From Phycisphaerales bacterium (GTDB lineage Bacteria; Planctomycetota; Phycisphaerae; Phycisphaerales; UBA1924), in the NCBI GenBank assembly GCA_965227775.1, contig OZ245777.1, positions 2,176,001 through 2,240,000 on the forward strand: a stretch of DNA of 64,000 bases. The letters are read 5' to 3'. Shown in pieces: positions 8,254 through 18,050 of the stretch (the first letter of the stretch is position 1; the number at the start of each line of letters is the position of its first letter). The notes under the pieces were generated by a model. The model did no database searches and had not been told where the DNA came from. It saw nothing but the letters and a program-made list of their open reading frames with translations. Position numbers and translations under genes: made by a program.

Positions 8254-10059
8254 ATGCGCAATCACATGATTAGCCGACCGGTAGCCATCGGTTTGGTGGT
8301 GTTCTCTGGTCAAGCTGCGGCCTATTCAGCCTCCGATCCACTCTCCACGCCGTTCCCAGCAGCGGTCGACTTGTCCACACTCGACGGCACTACGGGGTTC
8401 TCAATTCTCGGGGCTGAGCAGGGGGATCGTGCCGGATACGCCGCGGCACCCGCAGGGGATGTCAACGGAGATGGAGTAGATGATCTGCTGATCGGTGCTC
8501 GGCGGGCAGATCCGTCCGGACGCGCGGGTGCCGGTAGGGTCTATGTGCTCTTTGGTCGCAAGACGGCGACCACAAGTCCGTTTCCTGCCCGCCTAGATCT
8601 TGAGACGCTGGATTCCGCCGACGGCTTGGTCATTAATGGCATCCGATTTCAGGATCGAAGTGGGTACTCAGTTGCTGGCGTTGGCGATGTCAATGGAGAT
8701 GGGCGCGACGACATTCTGATCGGTGCTACCCAGGACGGAAGGGGAGCGCTTGAGACTGAGGGTGAGGCGTACATTGTCTTTGGTCGCTCAGAGACCACGC
8801 CGTTCCCGCTAGCACTGGAGCTAGCAGATCTCGATGGTTCCAATGGTTTTCGGATGGAGGGTGTGGCCCAGGATGCTCGCACCGGCGTTGCTGTTGCGGG
8901 GGCGGGCGACGTTAACGGAGACGGAGTTGCGGACTTGCTAGTCGGTGCTGACGACGCTAGTCCAAAAGGTCGCTTCAGTGCCGGGAACACATACGTCGTA
9001 TTCGGCAGGAACTCCGCCGCTGGTGAAGTCTTTCCAGCCATTGTGGATCTAGCGGGACTCGATGGCACTCAGGGTTTTGGCGTGGTTGGTGCAAGCACTG
9101 GGGACGATAGCGGCCGAGCCGTATCTGCCTCTGGTGATATGAATGGAGATGGCATCGACGATTTCCTCATCGGAGCTCGATGGGTTGGCATTGATGACAT
9201 CGGCAATTGCTACCTATTATTTGGGCGCTCAGATAGCGCTTTTCCGCCAGAAGTCGACCTCGATCACTTGCCTTCTGAACTGGGTGTTACGCTTAAAGGA
9301 GCTTCGGCAAACGATGAAACAGGGTACTCGGTTGCTGGGTCCGGTGACATCAACGGCGATGGGCTTAGTGACGCAGTGATTGCAGCACGTCTTGCCGACG
9401 ATGCGGATCGCGTCGATGCCGGAACCGTTTACGTTGTATACGGCCGTACCACAGCTCAGCCATTTCCTGCCGACATCCTACTTGGCGACTTGCGAGGCCA
9501 GGATGGCTTTCGAATCGTGGGGGCGGCTGCAGGCGATACCGCTGGAGTTTCGGTCAGTCTAGCCGGCGATGTCAATGGTGACGGTCTCGATGATTTACTG
9601 GTCGGTGCACCTATGGCCTCCCCGAGTGGACGATCTCAAGCTGGCACCACCTACCTTCTCTACGGTCGCGTCGGCGATTTCCAAGACATAGTCGACCTTG
9701 CCGTTCTCGATCCTGCTTTAGGCACACGATTCGAGGGAGGTGGCGAGGACGAGAACAGCGGCAGAATAGCTCAGCATGCTGGTGACTTGAATGGAGATGG
9801 GATCAGTGACATTGTCATCGGTGCACCATTTGCTCCAGTCGGCGACAAGGTTGACGCTGGGACGGCATACGTTATTTTTGGACGCCAGCCCGGCTGTAGA
9901 GTAGATGTAGATAGAGATGGTGTGCTCACTGTATTTGATTTTCTAGCTTATCAAAACCTGTTTGCTGCAGGAGATATCTGCGCAGACTATGACGAGGATG
10001 GCGAGATCACCTTATTCGATTTCCTGCTCTTTCAAAACGAGTTCGATGTGGGGTGCTGA
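8254..10059 (+). CDS. Secreted integrin-alpha-like FG-GAP beta-propeller with GC-type dockerin tail
   Basis: Seven GDVNGDGxDDLLIGA-type repeats; C-terminal CRVDVDRDGVLTVFDFLAYQNLF..FDVGC. Confidence 0.9.
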   Translation: MRNHMISRPVAIGLVVFSGQAAAYSASDPLSTPFPAAVDLSTLDGTTGFSILGAEQGDRAGYAAAPAGDVNGDGVDDLLIGARRADPSGRAGAGRVYVLFGRKTATTSPFPARLDLETLDSADGLVINGIRFQDRSGYSVAGVGDVNGDGRDDILIGATQDGRGALETEGEAYIVFGRSETTPFPLALELADLDGSNGFRMEGVAQDARTGVAVAGAGDVNGDGVADLLVGADDASPKGRFSAGNTYVVFGRNSAAGEVFPAIVDLAGLDGTQGFGVVGASTGDDSGRAVSASGDMNGDGIDDFLIGARWVGIDDIGNCYLLFGRSDSAFPPEVDLDHLPSELGVTLKGASANDETGYSVAGSGDINGDGLSDAVIAARLADDADRVDAGTVYVVYGRTTAQPFPADILLGDLRGQDGFRIVGAAAGDTAGVSVSLAGDVNGDGLDDLLVGAPMASPSGRSQAGTTYLLYGRVGDFQDIVDLAVLDPALGTRFEGGGEDENSGRIAQHAGDLNGDGISDIVIGAPFAPVGDKVDAGTAYVIFGRQPGCRVDVDRDGVLTVFDFLAYQNLFAAGDICADYDEDGEITLFDFLLFQNEFDVGC

Positions 10060-10365
10060 CATCGTTGGCCAGATGGCAACGTAGATGTTTATCCGGCTAT
10101 CCTGGTCACCGGGTAGCCACACGCCCGCGCTTGAATCTTCGCAGCTGGCCCACCCCTATGCTCCAAGCGGGCAGGCTGCAAGAAGCAAAGGTACAAGGCC
10201 CACTTGGACTGTGGAATCACATACGGGGGCACGCGAATTCAGCAAAGTGTTTCAGAAAGTCGATGCCTCAGTATCTGATTAATATGGTTTATAAACACCA
10301 ATTGCTCGCTACAAATGCTATTCAAGGCCAATTGTCGGCGGGCCGATCGCAAGAGGGCAAACCTG

Positions 10366-10782
10366 ATGGTGCAACTGCCACAATCACTGGAACTGACAAT
10401 ATCTGATGAGACTGTTCGCCAGGTCGAGCAAGCGGTTCGCTCGATTGCCCCAGATGACTGTGATTTAATAGGCGGGACATATCTCAATGCACTGGCTCGA
10501 GGTGTAGATTTTCGAACACTTCAGTACGGTCGCCAGCTTAGCTTAGTCGACAGCATAGCACTCATCGCAAGCCTTGCAACGCTTGCCCACATCTCGATTG
10601 CCTTAGGCAAGTGGTGGCTCACATCACATGGCTCTACGGTTCCTCCGCCAACAGCTGCCGACCTTGAACCTACCATTAGGGAGCTTGCGACTCGACACAA
10701 GCAAGCCGAACGGCTATTGAAGATCAATCAGGATCAACTCATTGCCTTGATAGACGAGCTGCGATCTAATTCCTCAAAGTGA
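10366..10782 (+). CDS. Hypothetical protein with one central hydrophobic helix
   Basis: ATG 10366 follows AAGAGGG; low-GC segment; GTGA overlap with the next gene. Confidence 0.6.
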   Translation: MVQLPQSLELTISDETVRQVEQAVRSIAPDDCDLIGGTYLNALARGVDFRTLQYGRQLSLVDSIALIASLATLAHISIALGKWWLTSHGSTVPPPTAADLEPTIRELATRHKQAERLLKINQDQLIALIDELRSNSSK

Positions 10783-12356
10783 CAACGATGCTCAAAAGTC
10801 TGAGCATAGTCCAAGGCATATTCTCAGTAGCCAGGCAAAATCTTGCCGTGAATGTACTGGCCTGTACTGCCATCGGATCGCTCTGGTCGCCTGCTACTGG
10901 GGCGCTGTATTGGCTATGCATTCCCCTGCTTGTCGTACTTTCTGTTGTGATATGCACGCTCGCGTTCGCACCAACAACAGTTGGTCAGGTGAGACAATAT
11001 GTGCGCTTCGCCATTGAACAAGGTAGAGGCGCTTATTCGCTGATATCATTAGATACTGTTCTTTCGGCGCTCTACTATCGCAGCCACTCTGATACACACT
11101 GCGAAACGCCTGATGAGTTTGTCAAGCGCATTCGCCCTGCACTACAGAACTGGAGTGGTATAGCAAGCACATGGCGATTTCATGCGCCACAAGCCTTGCC
11201 ACAACGAACACTACCCAGTGCTACCGTTACTTTTCCCTCAACTGAAGGCGCAAGGCTATTTTTAACGGACTCGCCACGTGACATGACTGATCTACAATTG
11301 ATTACTCTTCTTCATGAAATCGGTCATGTTAGCCTGACTAGCAGACTTACGAGTCTGATGTCGTATTCGAGTAACCTAGGTCCCATTGTACTAAGCTATC
11401 CTGTCGTTCTCTTTCTTGTGCCGATCCAAGCATGGCCGGTCGTTTCCATCTGCTTCGGAGCGGCGTTGATCGTCGCCGGCGTCGTAGTTTACATCATGCT
11501 TCGAGAGGCGGTCTTTCACGAAGAAACCCAAGCAGACTTTTACGCGATATCCAATGCTGCGCCATCATGGTTACAAACACGAAACCTCCCCAATATTGCC
11601 GAGATACTAAGCAGGTCGCACAACCTATCCGATCGATATAGAGTGCAACGACGGGACTACATTCTCGAACTCTTAATGCAGCGAAGTACAGGCGGTGCCA
11701 CCAATAGTTCTAAATCCGTAACGCTAGCTCTTAAAACAGCTGCTAATCTTGCAGGACTACGAGATGTACTGTTGATATTTGCAGGGTGCCAAGCAGGGAT
11801 TTACGTAGTCGCCTGTAGTTGGGTCGAGTTCAGTGCCCTCGCGATCGTCGCCATCAGTGCACTTGTCGTGGGAGCACAAGTCGCCGGCCTCGCGCAGCGT
11901 ATGGTCAAGGCCGGAGACATGTGGCTGGGTACGCGTCCGTATGAAGATGCATGGTATAGCACGTATAAAGAAGCAGCAGCTATTAGTCTCCTTGTCCCTC
12001 GCCACATTCAAGAACAATTGGCACGTCCGCCATGTTGGGCGGCGTTGTATCAGAATGCCAGTGAAGCAGATGTGCGCTGGAGTGTTTCTGATCAGTCGTT
12101 GGTGATTGCTCACCATGAAGCTCCAGGGGCAGTCCTTGTGGATGTTGAATATTGGCCAAAAAGTCGAAGCCTCTGTGTTCTTGATCAACAGCGCAGGCGC
12201 GTGTGGATTTGCACGGTACCGGCGGGATCGCTAACCGATAAACTTGAGAAAGCTGGTAGCATTATTATTAGGCAAGCCGTTAACTCAGTCACAGTGAGCC
12301 AGCAGATAGTGCCGCTCCAGGTGGTGACATCCGAAGAGGTGGAGGCAAGCCAGTAG
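10779..12356 (+). CDS. Multi-pass membrane putative zinc metalloprotease (M48-like)
   Basis: LLHEIGHV, then two TM helices, then EETQADFYA (ExxAD); additional TM segments; low GC. Confidence 0.65.
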   Translation: MTTMLKSLSIVQGIFSVARQNLAVNVLACTAIGSLWSPATGALYWLCIPLLVVLSVVICTLAFAPTTVGQVRQYVRFAIEQGRGAYSLISLDTVLSALYYRSHSDTHCETPDEFVKRIRPALQNWSGIASTWRFHAPQALPQRTLPSATVTFPSTEGARLFLTDSPRDMTDLQLITLLHEIGHVSLTSRLTSLMSYSSNLGPIVLSYPVVLFLVPIQAWPVVSICFGAALIVAGVVVYIMLREAVFHEETQADFYAISNAAPSWLQTRNLPNIAEILSRSHNLSDRYRVQRRDYILELLMQRSTGGATNSSKSVTLALKTAANLAGLRDVLLIFAGCQAGIYVVACSWVEFSALAIVAISALVVGAQVAGLAQRMVKAGDMWLGTRPYEDAWYSTYKEAAAISLLVPRHIQEQLARPPCWAALYQNASEADVRWSVSDQSLVIAHHEAPGAVLVDVEYWPKSRSLCVLDQQRRRVWICTVPAGSLTDKLEKAGSIIIRQAVNSVTVSQQIVPLQVVTSEEVEASQ

Positions 12357-13381
12357 CTATAAGAGTATTGGAACTACCACGGTGCCTATCACGAAATCAA
12401 GTCATTTAGGCAACAGAAGTGTATCAACGCTTACATGCGAGGGGACACTGTCAGAAGGTTGTGCCCTTCGCGATCATGCAAATGAGTGATAGCTCACACT
12501 AGTAGCAAATACGTAGGGACTCAGGCGCATTGAGCGATTGACGTGGCGGGTCGCCTATGAGTGTTGTATAGGTGGTAGCCCGCTGGCCCAATCGCAGGGC
12601 ACTGCAAATCTCCCAAGAGCGACATCTGTAACCTCGCCGTATCAGTCCCACTACGCCGGAGTGGCCACGCCGAGAGGCGGGGTCGGAAAGGGGCTCGAGA
12701 TGTTCTCCATACTGTGCTGGTGCTGATATGAGTGGTGCAAACGTAGACTAGGTTTGAGACATGATGCCGTGGTTATCACCACAATGAATAAGCGGCGTGT
12801 ATCGAGGGGCGTACTGCGCGTGCACTGCGCCGATAATGTCAAGCTCGCAACGGCTGGCTTGTTGAGTGAGCTCGTATCCATTCTGAGCTGTTCTGCGGTT
12901 AGTGCCGAATCTAGTACGTATGTGTGGTATGTCTCAGGAGAAATGTCGGCTCGAGTGATCTGCGATGGGCGTTGTCGATGCGGTGGAAAGTTGTTGGTCA
13001 GTCTACGACTTCTTTACATCTGTGCTGGAGAGGTTGGCGCTCATTGGCGCATAAGGTGTGCGGAAGCCTGCCAATCTGTGATGAAGGGTGACGAAGTGAG
13101 CGGGGGTAAAGTGAGGGATGCGGCGGGTTTGGAGTCCTTGGCAAGGTTGCGCTCTATCCCTGGATGTCACTTGCTGGCCACCGAGAGGTAGACTGCAGAA
13201 TCCTGCCGAAAGCGAGGGATTGGTTCGAAGGCTCAATGGCAGCCGGTTGCCTGTTGAGCTGATGGCTGGCGCGCGACTGGCGCTTGGCCGCCGCACACAC
13301 TTGAGCATGCAGTCCGCCACGGTTGCACTTTCCGCTTGGTACCACCATCCGGGTTGTGCTATTCAGTTGATCATCAAGGGC

Positions 13382-13487
13382 CTTCAAGCCCTCTACAGAG
13401 CCCGCCTGTGCGGCCGGGCGGCAGTTGCTATGTCCAGGACAGTGAGTCTAAAGGCACTGCGCCCTGTGCTCTGTAGAGGGTTTGAAG
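13382..13487. repeat. 20-bp inverted repeat enclosing further stems
   Basis: CTTCAAGCCCTCTACAGAGC (13382-13401) versus GCTCTGTAGAGGGTTTGAAG (13468-13487), 19/20 complementary. Confidence 0.8.
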
Positions 13488-13518
13488 CGTCCGGCCACCA
13501 CAGAGGAGTATCCGAGGC

Positions 13519-13911
13519 ATGGACAGCCGCAATCCACCAGCCTATCCAAATCCGACCGAATTCGAGCGTCGTGCGCGGCGCACTGTTGCTCGACGTCTGC
13601 GAAAGTGTCGTCAGGCACGGAAGATCACGCAGACCGCGCTCGCCAAGCACGTCGGTGTGACCTACCAGCAGATCCAGAAGTATGAGACAGGACGCGACCG
13701 CTTGTCGATCGAGCGGCTCATGCTGATTGCAGAGATACTTGACATCCCTATTGGAGGACTACTTTTTGGTACGTCCCGCAGCTCGCAATCGTCTCTTGAA
13801 GGCAGCCAGAGTCTTAGTTTGACCTGCGACGGTACAGAGAGCTTGGAGTTGTTCGATGGCGACATCGTGATCGAAGGGACTGGCTTCACGACCATTCGAA
13901 CTGCTAGTTGA
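13519..13911 (+). CDS. XRE-family HTH transcriptional regulator
   Basis: RLRKCRQARKITQTALAKHVGVTYQQIQKYETGRDRLS; SD GAGGAG/GAGG upstream. Confidence 0.85.
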   Translation: MDSRNPPAYPNPTEFERRARRTVARRLRKCRQARKITQTALAKHVGVTYQQIQKYETGRDRLSIERLMLIAEILDIPIGGLLFGTSRSSQSSLEGSQSLSLTCDGTESLELFDGDIVIEGTGFTTIRTAS

Positions 13912-14044
13912 GCAACTCTTGACGTCACGGGGTTTGCGGAGGGTGTCGCGTCGGTGCTCGATTGAGGTTGCCTTCCACTTCCATACGACTTGTGTGGAGC
14001 CAAGGCTGTCACTTCGCGTGGGAGGATTGAGCCGGCGGCGTGCC

Positions 14045-14222
14045 ATTGGGCGCTCTTTAGGGCGTCGACTTTGTCGGTCGTGTCGTCGACGAGCGCCTGG
14101 GTGGCGTCGATCTGCTCGGTGGTCAGGCCGATGTTGGGCGGGGTTCCATTGGCAGCCCAGACGGTGGCGTGCTCCCTGGCCCAGGTTACGAATTGCGAAT
14201 CGCTATTCGGAGTCCGGGTCAT
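14045..14222 (-). pseudogene. 5' fragment of a homologue of the 47964-48620 gene
   Basis: MTRTPNSDSQFVTWAREHATVWAANGTPPNIGLTTEQI aligns with MSVIPNGRSEAIDWFTNRLAAWQADPAAIGLTVELV. Similarity and high-GC3 codons stop after about 59 codons. Confidence 0.6.
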
Positions 14223-14284
14223 GGCCGCTTCCCTCGATTGCCCTGGCGTATGGGACAGGACGGGTTCCTGCACTCGCGGGCTGA

Positions 14285-14398
14285 GCCGAAGCGATCGTTG
14301 ACCGGTTCGAGGACTTCGCCAGCAAGAGCGCGGCCGAGGTCGCCGCCGTGCACGACTTCGAGATCGCGTACAAGGATGACTTCGACGACGCGGAGTGA
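14285..14398 (+). pseudogene. Orphan 3' gene fragment (..IVDRFEDFASKSAAEVAAVHDFEIAYKDDFDDAE*)
   Basis: Strongly GC3-biased codons ending in TGA at 14398; in-frame stop at 14282-14284 and no start codon. Confidence 0.35.
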
Positions 14399-14402
14399 AG
14401 CG

Positions 14403-16628
14403 TCAGGAGGAAGGCAAGGAGGCATCGAACGGAAGCCACACGAGCTCCCGCGAGATGCCTTCGTCCAACAGTTCTTCCGGCAGGAGATCGTCGTACTTGC
14501 GCCGGGCCTTGGGTTGGACGTGCGTGGCGAGTCTCCTCAGATCCGGAGAGGAGCCCTCGGCGCCGAAAACGATGTTCCGGAGTTGCTCTGCCGAACACGC
14601 ACAGGCGAGCGCAATGGTCTTGTCCTCTGCGCTCACGCCCGCGCTGGCAAGGAATGCCTGGTAGGTCCTCGTCTCGGCCCCGCCCGACCAGGTCAGCCAC
14701 AAGCACGATTTGCCGCCCTGCGGCACGATCCTGCGACGCGCAAGGTCGCGCTCGGCAGCCAGCCGGCGGGCGGCCTCGAGCGCGTCGCGCGTGGTCGCAT
14801 CGGCGTAGGGCACCGGTTCATCGGTCGACAACAGACGCAGCATGCAATCGATGATCCTGTGGTGCACGCGGGACGCGCCGCCGCCGAAGGTCGGACGCTC
14901 CCCGCGCCGGGCGGGTACAACATGGATCTTGCGCCGCTCGTCGTCGATGTCGGTGATCAGCCATCGCTGTGCGGCGAAGACCACGTGCTTGCCCACCTTC
15001 GGAAGCCGGTCGGTCGGCCACGTGCCCAGCGTGCGTGAGCCCGCGATGAGCGTGTACTCGACGGGCGTCGCGAAGGCCGCATAGAAGTCCTGGCGGGCGC
15101 GCAGCTTCTCGCCCAGGAGCCCGAGGATGAGGGCGCCATCCGGCCCCTGCTCGATCACGTCCTTGGCGCCCAGGGCCCGCAACACGCGCCCGAAGAGCGC
15201 CGCGTCGCAGGCACGGAACGGTCCGTCGATGCATAACCGCTCGTGCAATGTATCCGCCCGGAGCGCCCCCGCCTCGGCGATCGAGCTGATGACCTGGTGC
15301 GTCAGGGTGCTCAGGTCCAGGTGCGCCGGGTCCGGCGGCTCGACCCAGTGCTCCAGCAAGAGCGAACACACCGCCAGGCCCTGGAGCAGTTCCAGGGGCA
15401 GCTCGTCGATCGGGTTCTCCGAGTCGGGATCGACCGTGCAATCGACGTAGCACCGCACGCGTCTCGGCTCGTCCCCGCGCCGCCCGCTCCGCCCGAGACG
15501 CTGCTTGAAGGACGCCACCGACCACGGCGCCCCCTTCTGGCCCACCGTGCGAACCGAGCCGATGTCGATGCCCATCTCCAGCGTGCTCGAACAGATCGTC
15601 GTGCGGGCCCCGCCCGTCTTCATCCGTGCCTCGGTGTCCTCGCGGACTTCTCGCGACAACGAACCGTGGTGCACGAGGAACTGCTCTGGCAACCCCGCGT
15701 CTCGGCAGGCCTGGTTGGCCATGTCCGCCAGCAACTCGATGTCGCCCTTGGCGTTGGCGAAGACGAGGCTGGCCGAGCCGTGGCAATGCTCGACCAGATC
15801 CTCGGCGATGGCCCGCAACACGAGCAGCTCGCTCGAATCGATATTGTCGCCTTCCGCGTCCTGATCGGAGACCGTGTTCGCGTGTGTCGCTGCGCGCATG
15901 AGTTCGTGGCCGTCGTAGCCGTGTACGCGCATGCGCAGCTCGGTCTGGCCGGGCGCGTCGGCGATCGTCTCGACCGACGCGGGGTCGTCGGGCGCGAGGT
16001 AGCGCCGCGCGATGTCGGGGTCGCCGATGGTGGCCGAGAGCCCCAGCATCCGCCACGGGGCCTCGCCTTCGTGCCGGTAGCGCCGCAGGCGAGCGAGCAG
16101 GCTCGAGAGGTGCGTGCCGCGCTCGCCGTCGAGGAACGCGTGCAGCTCATCGATCACCACCGCCCGCAGCCCGCCGAAGAGCGCGGGCAGGTGGGCCGTG
16201 CGATTGACCAGCAGCGATTCGAGCGACTCGGGTGTGATCAGCAGCACCCCGCCGGGCTCGCGAACCAGGGCGTCCTTCTTCGCCTGGCCCACGTCGCCGT
16301 GCCAGCGGTGCACGGGCACGTCCAGGTGCGTGCAGAGCTCCTCCAGGCGGGCGAACTGGTCGTTGATGAGCGCCTTGAGCGGCCCGACGTATACCGCGCG
16401 CACCGAGCCGGCCGGCTCCTGGCCGATGGCCGACAGCACGGGCAGGAAGGCCGCTTCGGTCTTGCCACCGGCGGTCTCGGCCATGAGCAGCAGGTGCCGG
16501 TTCGTCCGGAACCACGCGCGGATGGCGTCGACCTGGATGGGCCGCAGGGCGGGCCACTTCATGGCGTAGAGCTGGCGCTGCACGCCCGGGGCGAGCAGCG
16601 CGAACGCCGAGTCGCTGGAGCTGGTCAT
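14403..16628 (-). CDS. sngC: Shango system Lhr-like DEAD/DEAH-box helicase
   Basis: AETAGGKT, PLKALINDQ, TPESLE, VIDELH, LSAT, HHGSL, STLEMGIDIG, QRLGRSGRR; third gene of a TerB-ATPase-helicase operon. Confidence 0.85.
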   Translation of the reverse strand: MTSSSDSAFALLAPGVQRQLYAMKWPALRPIQVDAIRAWFRTNRHLLLMAETAGGKTEAAFLPVLSAIGQEPAGSVRAVYVGPLKALINDQFARLEELCTHLDVPVHRWHGDVGQAKKDALVREPGGVLLITPESLESLLVNRTAHLPALFGGLRAVVIDELHAFLDGERGTHLSSLLARLRRYRHEGEAPWRMLGLSATIGDPDIARRYLAPDDPASVETIADAPGQTELRMRVHGYDGHELMRAATHANTVSDQDAEGDNIDSSELLVLRAIAEDLVEHCHGSASLVFANAKGDIELLADMANQACRDAGLPEQFLVHHGSLSREVREDTEARMKTGGARTTICSSTLEMGIDIGSVRTVGQKGAPWSVASFKQRLGRSGRRGDEPRRVRCYVDCTVDPDSENPIDELPLELLQGLAVCSLLLEHWVEPPDPAHLDLSTLTHQVISSIAEAGALRADTLHERLCIDGPFRACDAALFGRVLRALGAKDVIEQGPDGALILGLLGEKLRARQDFYAAFATPVEYTLIAGSRTLGTWPTDRLPKVGKHVVFAAQRWLITDIDDERRKIHVVPARRGERPTFGGGASRVHHRIIDCMLRLLSTDEPVPYADATTRDALEAARRLAAERDLARRRIVPQGGKSCLWLTWSGGAETRTYQAFLASAGVSAEDKTIALACACSAEQLRNIVFGAEGSSPDLRRLATHVQPKARRKYDDLLPEELLDEGISRELVWLPFDASLPSS

Positions 16629-16638
16629 GAGCGGCCGG

Positions 16639-17976
16639 TCATAGCTTGAACGTGGCCAGGTCGTCGTCGTCCGGCGTCGCCGTCGCAGCCGGCTCGTCGT
16701 CGTCCACCGGGTCGCCCAGGTCTTCGCTCCCGGCCGTCGTGGTCAGCCCGCCGATGAGCCGGGCCCAGTCGGCCTCTGGATTCTGCTCGAGCACGTTCAG
16801 CAGGCCGACGAAGTCCTTGATGGTCTCGCGGGGCGTCTGGAAGTAGCTCGCGCCCATGCGTTCGTTGCAGCTCACGAGGTAGCGTTCGATGGCCTCGTCG
16901 GGCAGCACCGACGCGCCGTCCCCGCCGCGGGCGAACACCCGGCGGACGTTGGACAGCAGCACGTAGCAGTCTTCGGGCGTGAGGTTCTCCAAGCGGATGA
17001 CCGGCCCGGAGAGGTCGGTCAGGCCGTCCACGGCGAAGCGGTTGTCGGCCAGACGCGTGGCCAGGGCCTCGTAGCTGAACAGCCCGCGGCGCGTGTCGGT
17101 CAGGCAGTCATCGGTCGCCGCCAGCAGGAACATCAGGCCCTCGACCGAGCCCTGCAGGCAGTCATTGAGGATGCGAAGGATGGCCTCGTAGTTGCGATCG
17201 CGGCTGGTGCGGTTGTTCAGCCGGTGGCTGAGCACCACCAGTTCGTCGAGACACACCAGCAGGCCCGAGTAGCCCGCCAGCCGGACGAACGCCGCCATGA
17301 GCTTGAGGTAGTCGTAGATCGACTCGTCGTCGATAATCGTGCGCACGCCCAGGTCCTGCCGCGCCTCGGTCTTCGTGCGGTACTCGGCCCGCAGCCAGCG
17401 GATGGCCGCGTCCTGGAGCGGCGCGTCGTGGGTCGCGTGCCCCCGGTAGTACGCCGCCAGCACGGCGGCGAAGTCGTAGCCGCTGACGAGCTCTTGCAGC
17501 GGCCGCAGGTCCGACTTGATGCGCGACTCGACGTCCTCGTCGCTGCCGCCCTCGCTATGGACCTCGTGCGCGAGTTCGCCCACCCAGCGCTCGACGATGT
17601 TGCCCATCGCCTGGCCCTCGGGCCGTGAGCGCGTAGCGATGTTGCGGGCCAGCTCGCCGTAGAGGGCGCGGGCCACGCCGTTGGAGCCCGTCAGCCGGCG
17701 ATCGACGGTGATGTCGGCCCGCATCACGGCGAAGCGCCGCTCCATCGCCACGGTCTGGACCAGGTTCAGGAAGAAGCTCTTGCCCGAGCCGAAGCGGCCG
17801 ACGATGAAGCGGATGCCCGCGCCGCCGTTCTCGGCCCGCTTGAGGTCGTCCAGCAGGGCCTCGATCTCGCTCTTGCGGCCGACCTGGACGTGCTGCAGCC
17901 CGATCGCCGGCACGACGCCGGCCCCGAGCGAGCTGAGGATCGCCGAACGCTCCTTCTCACGGATCTTCGCCGCCAT
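16639..17976 (-). CDS. sngB: Shango system P-loop ATPase (DUF2791/BrxD-like)
   Basis: SLGAGVVPAIGLQHVQVGR, Walker A GRFGSGKS, Walker B LLVCLDE, NYEAILRILNDCLQG, SYEALATRL. Confidence 0.85.
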   Translation of the reverse strand: MAAKIREKERSAILSSLGAGVVPAIGLQHVQVGRKSEIEALLDDLKRAENGGAGIRFIVGRFGSGKSFFLNLVQTVAMERRFAVMRADITVDRRLTGSNGVARALYGELARNIATRSRPEGQAMGNIVERWVGELAHEVHSEGGSDEDVESRIKSDLRPLQELVSGYDFAAVLAAYYRGHATHDAPLQDAAIRWLRAEYRTKTEARQDLGVRTIIDDESIYDYLKLMAAFVRLAGYSGLLVCLDELVVLSHRLNNRTSRDRNYEAILRILNDCLQGSVEGLMFLLAATDDCLTDTRRGLFSYEALATRLADNRFAVDGLTDLSGPVIRLENLTPEDCYVLLSNVRRVFARGGDGASVLPDEAIERYLVSCNERMGASYFQTPRETIKDFVGLLNVLEQNPEADWARLIGGLTTTAGSEDLGDPVDDDEPAATATPDDDDLATFKL

Positions 17977-18050
17977 GACGACCCCCTGCTGCTCCCTGCC
18001 GCCCGCTGCTGCCAGTCCCACTCGGCCTCTCGGGAACATGCTAGAGGGCG

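Noticed and set aside
12400..13380. Short ORFs such as 12754-13191
   Set aside because: No SD, motifs or coherent codon bias.
13662..14273. 203-aa ORF as a real gene
   Set aside because: Chimera of a truncated stub read through into the antisense of the XRE gene.
16639..17976. BREX system (BrxD-like ATPase)
   Set aside because: No pglX, pglZ or brxC; the TerB and Lhr-like neighbours indicate Shango.
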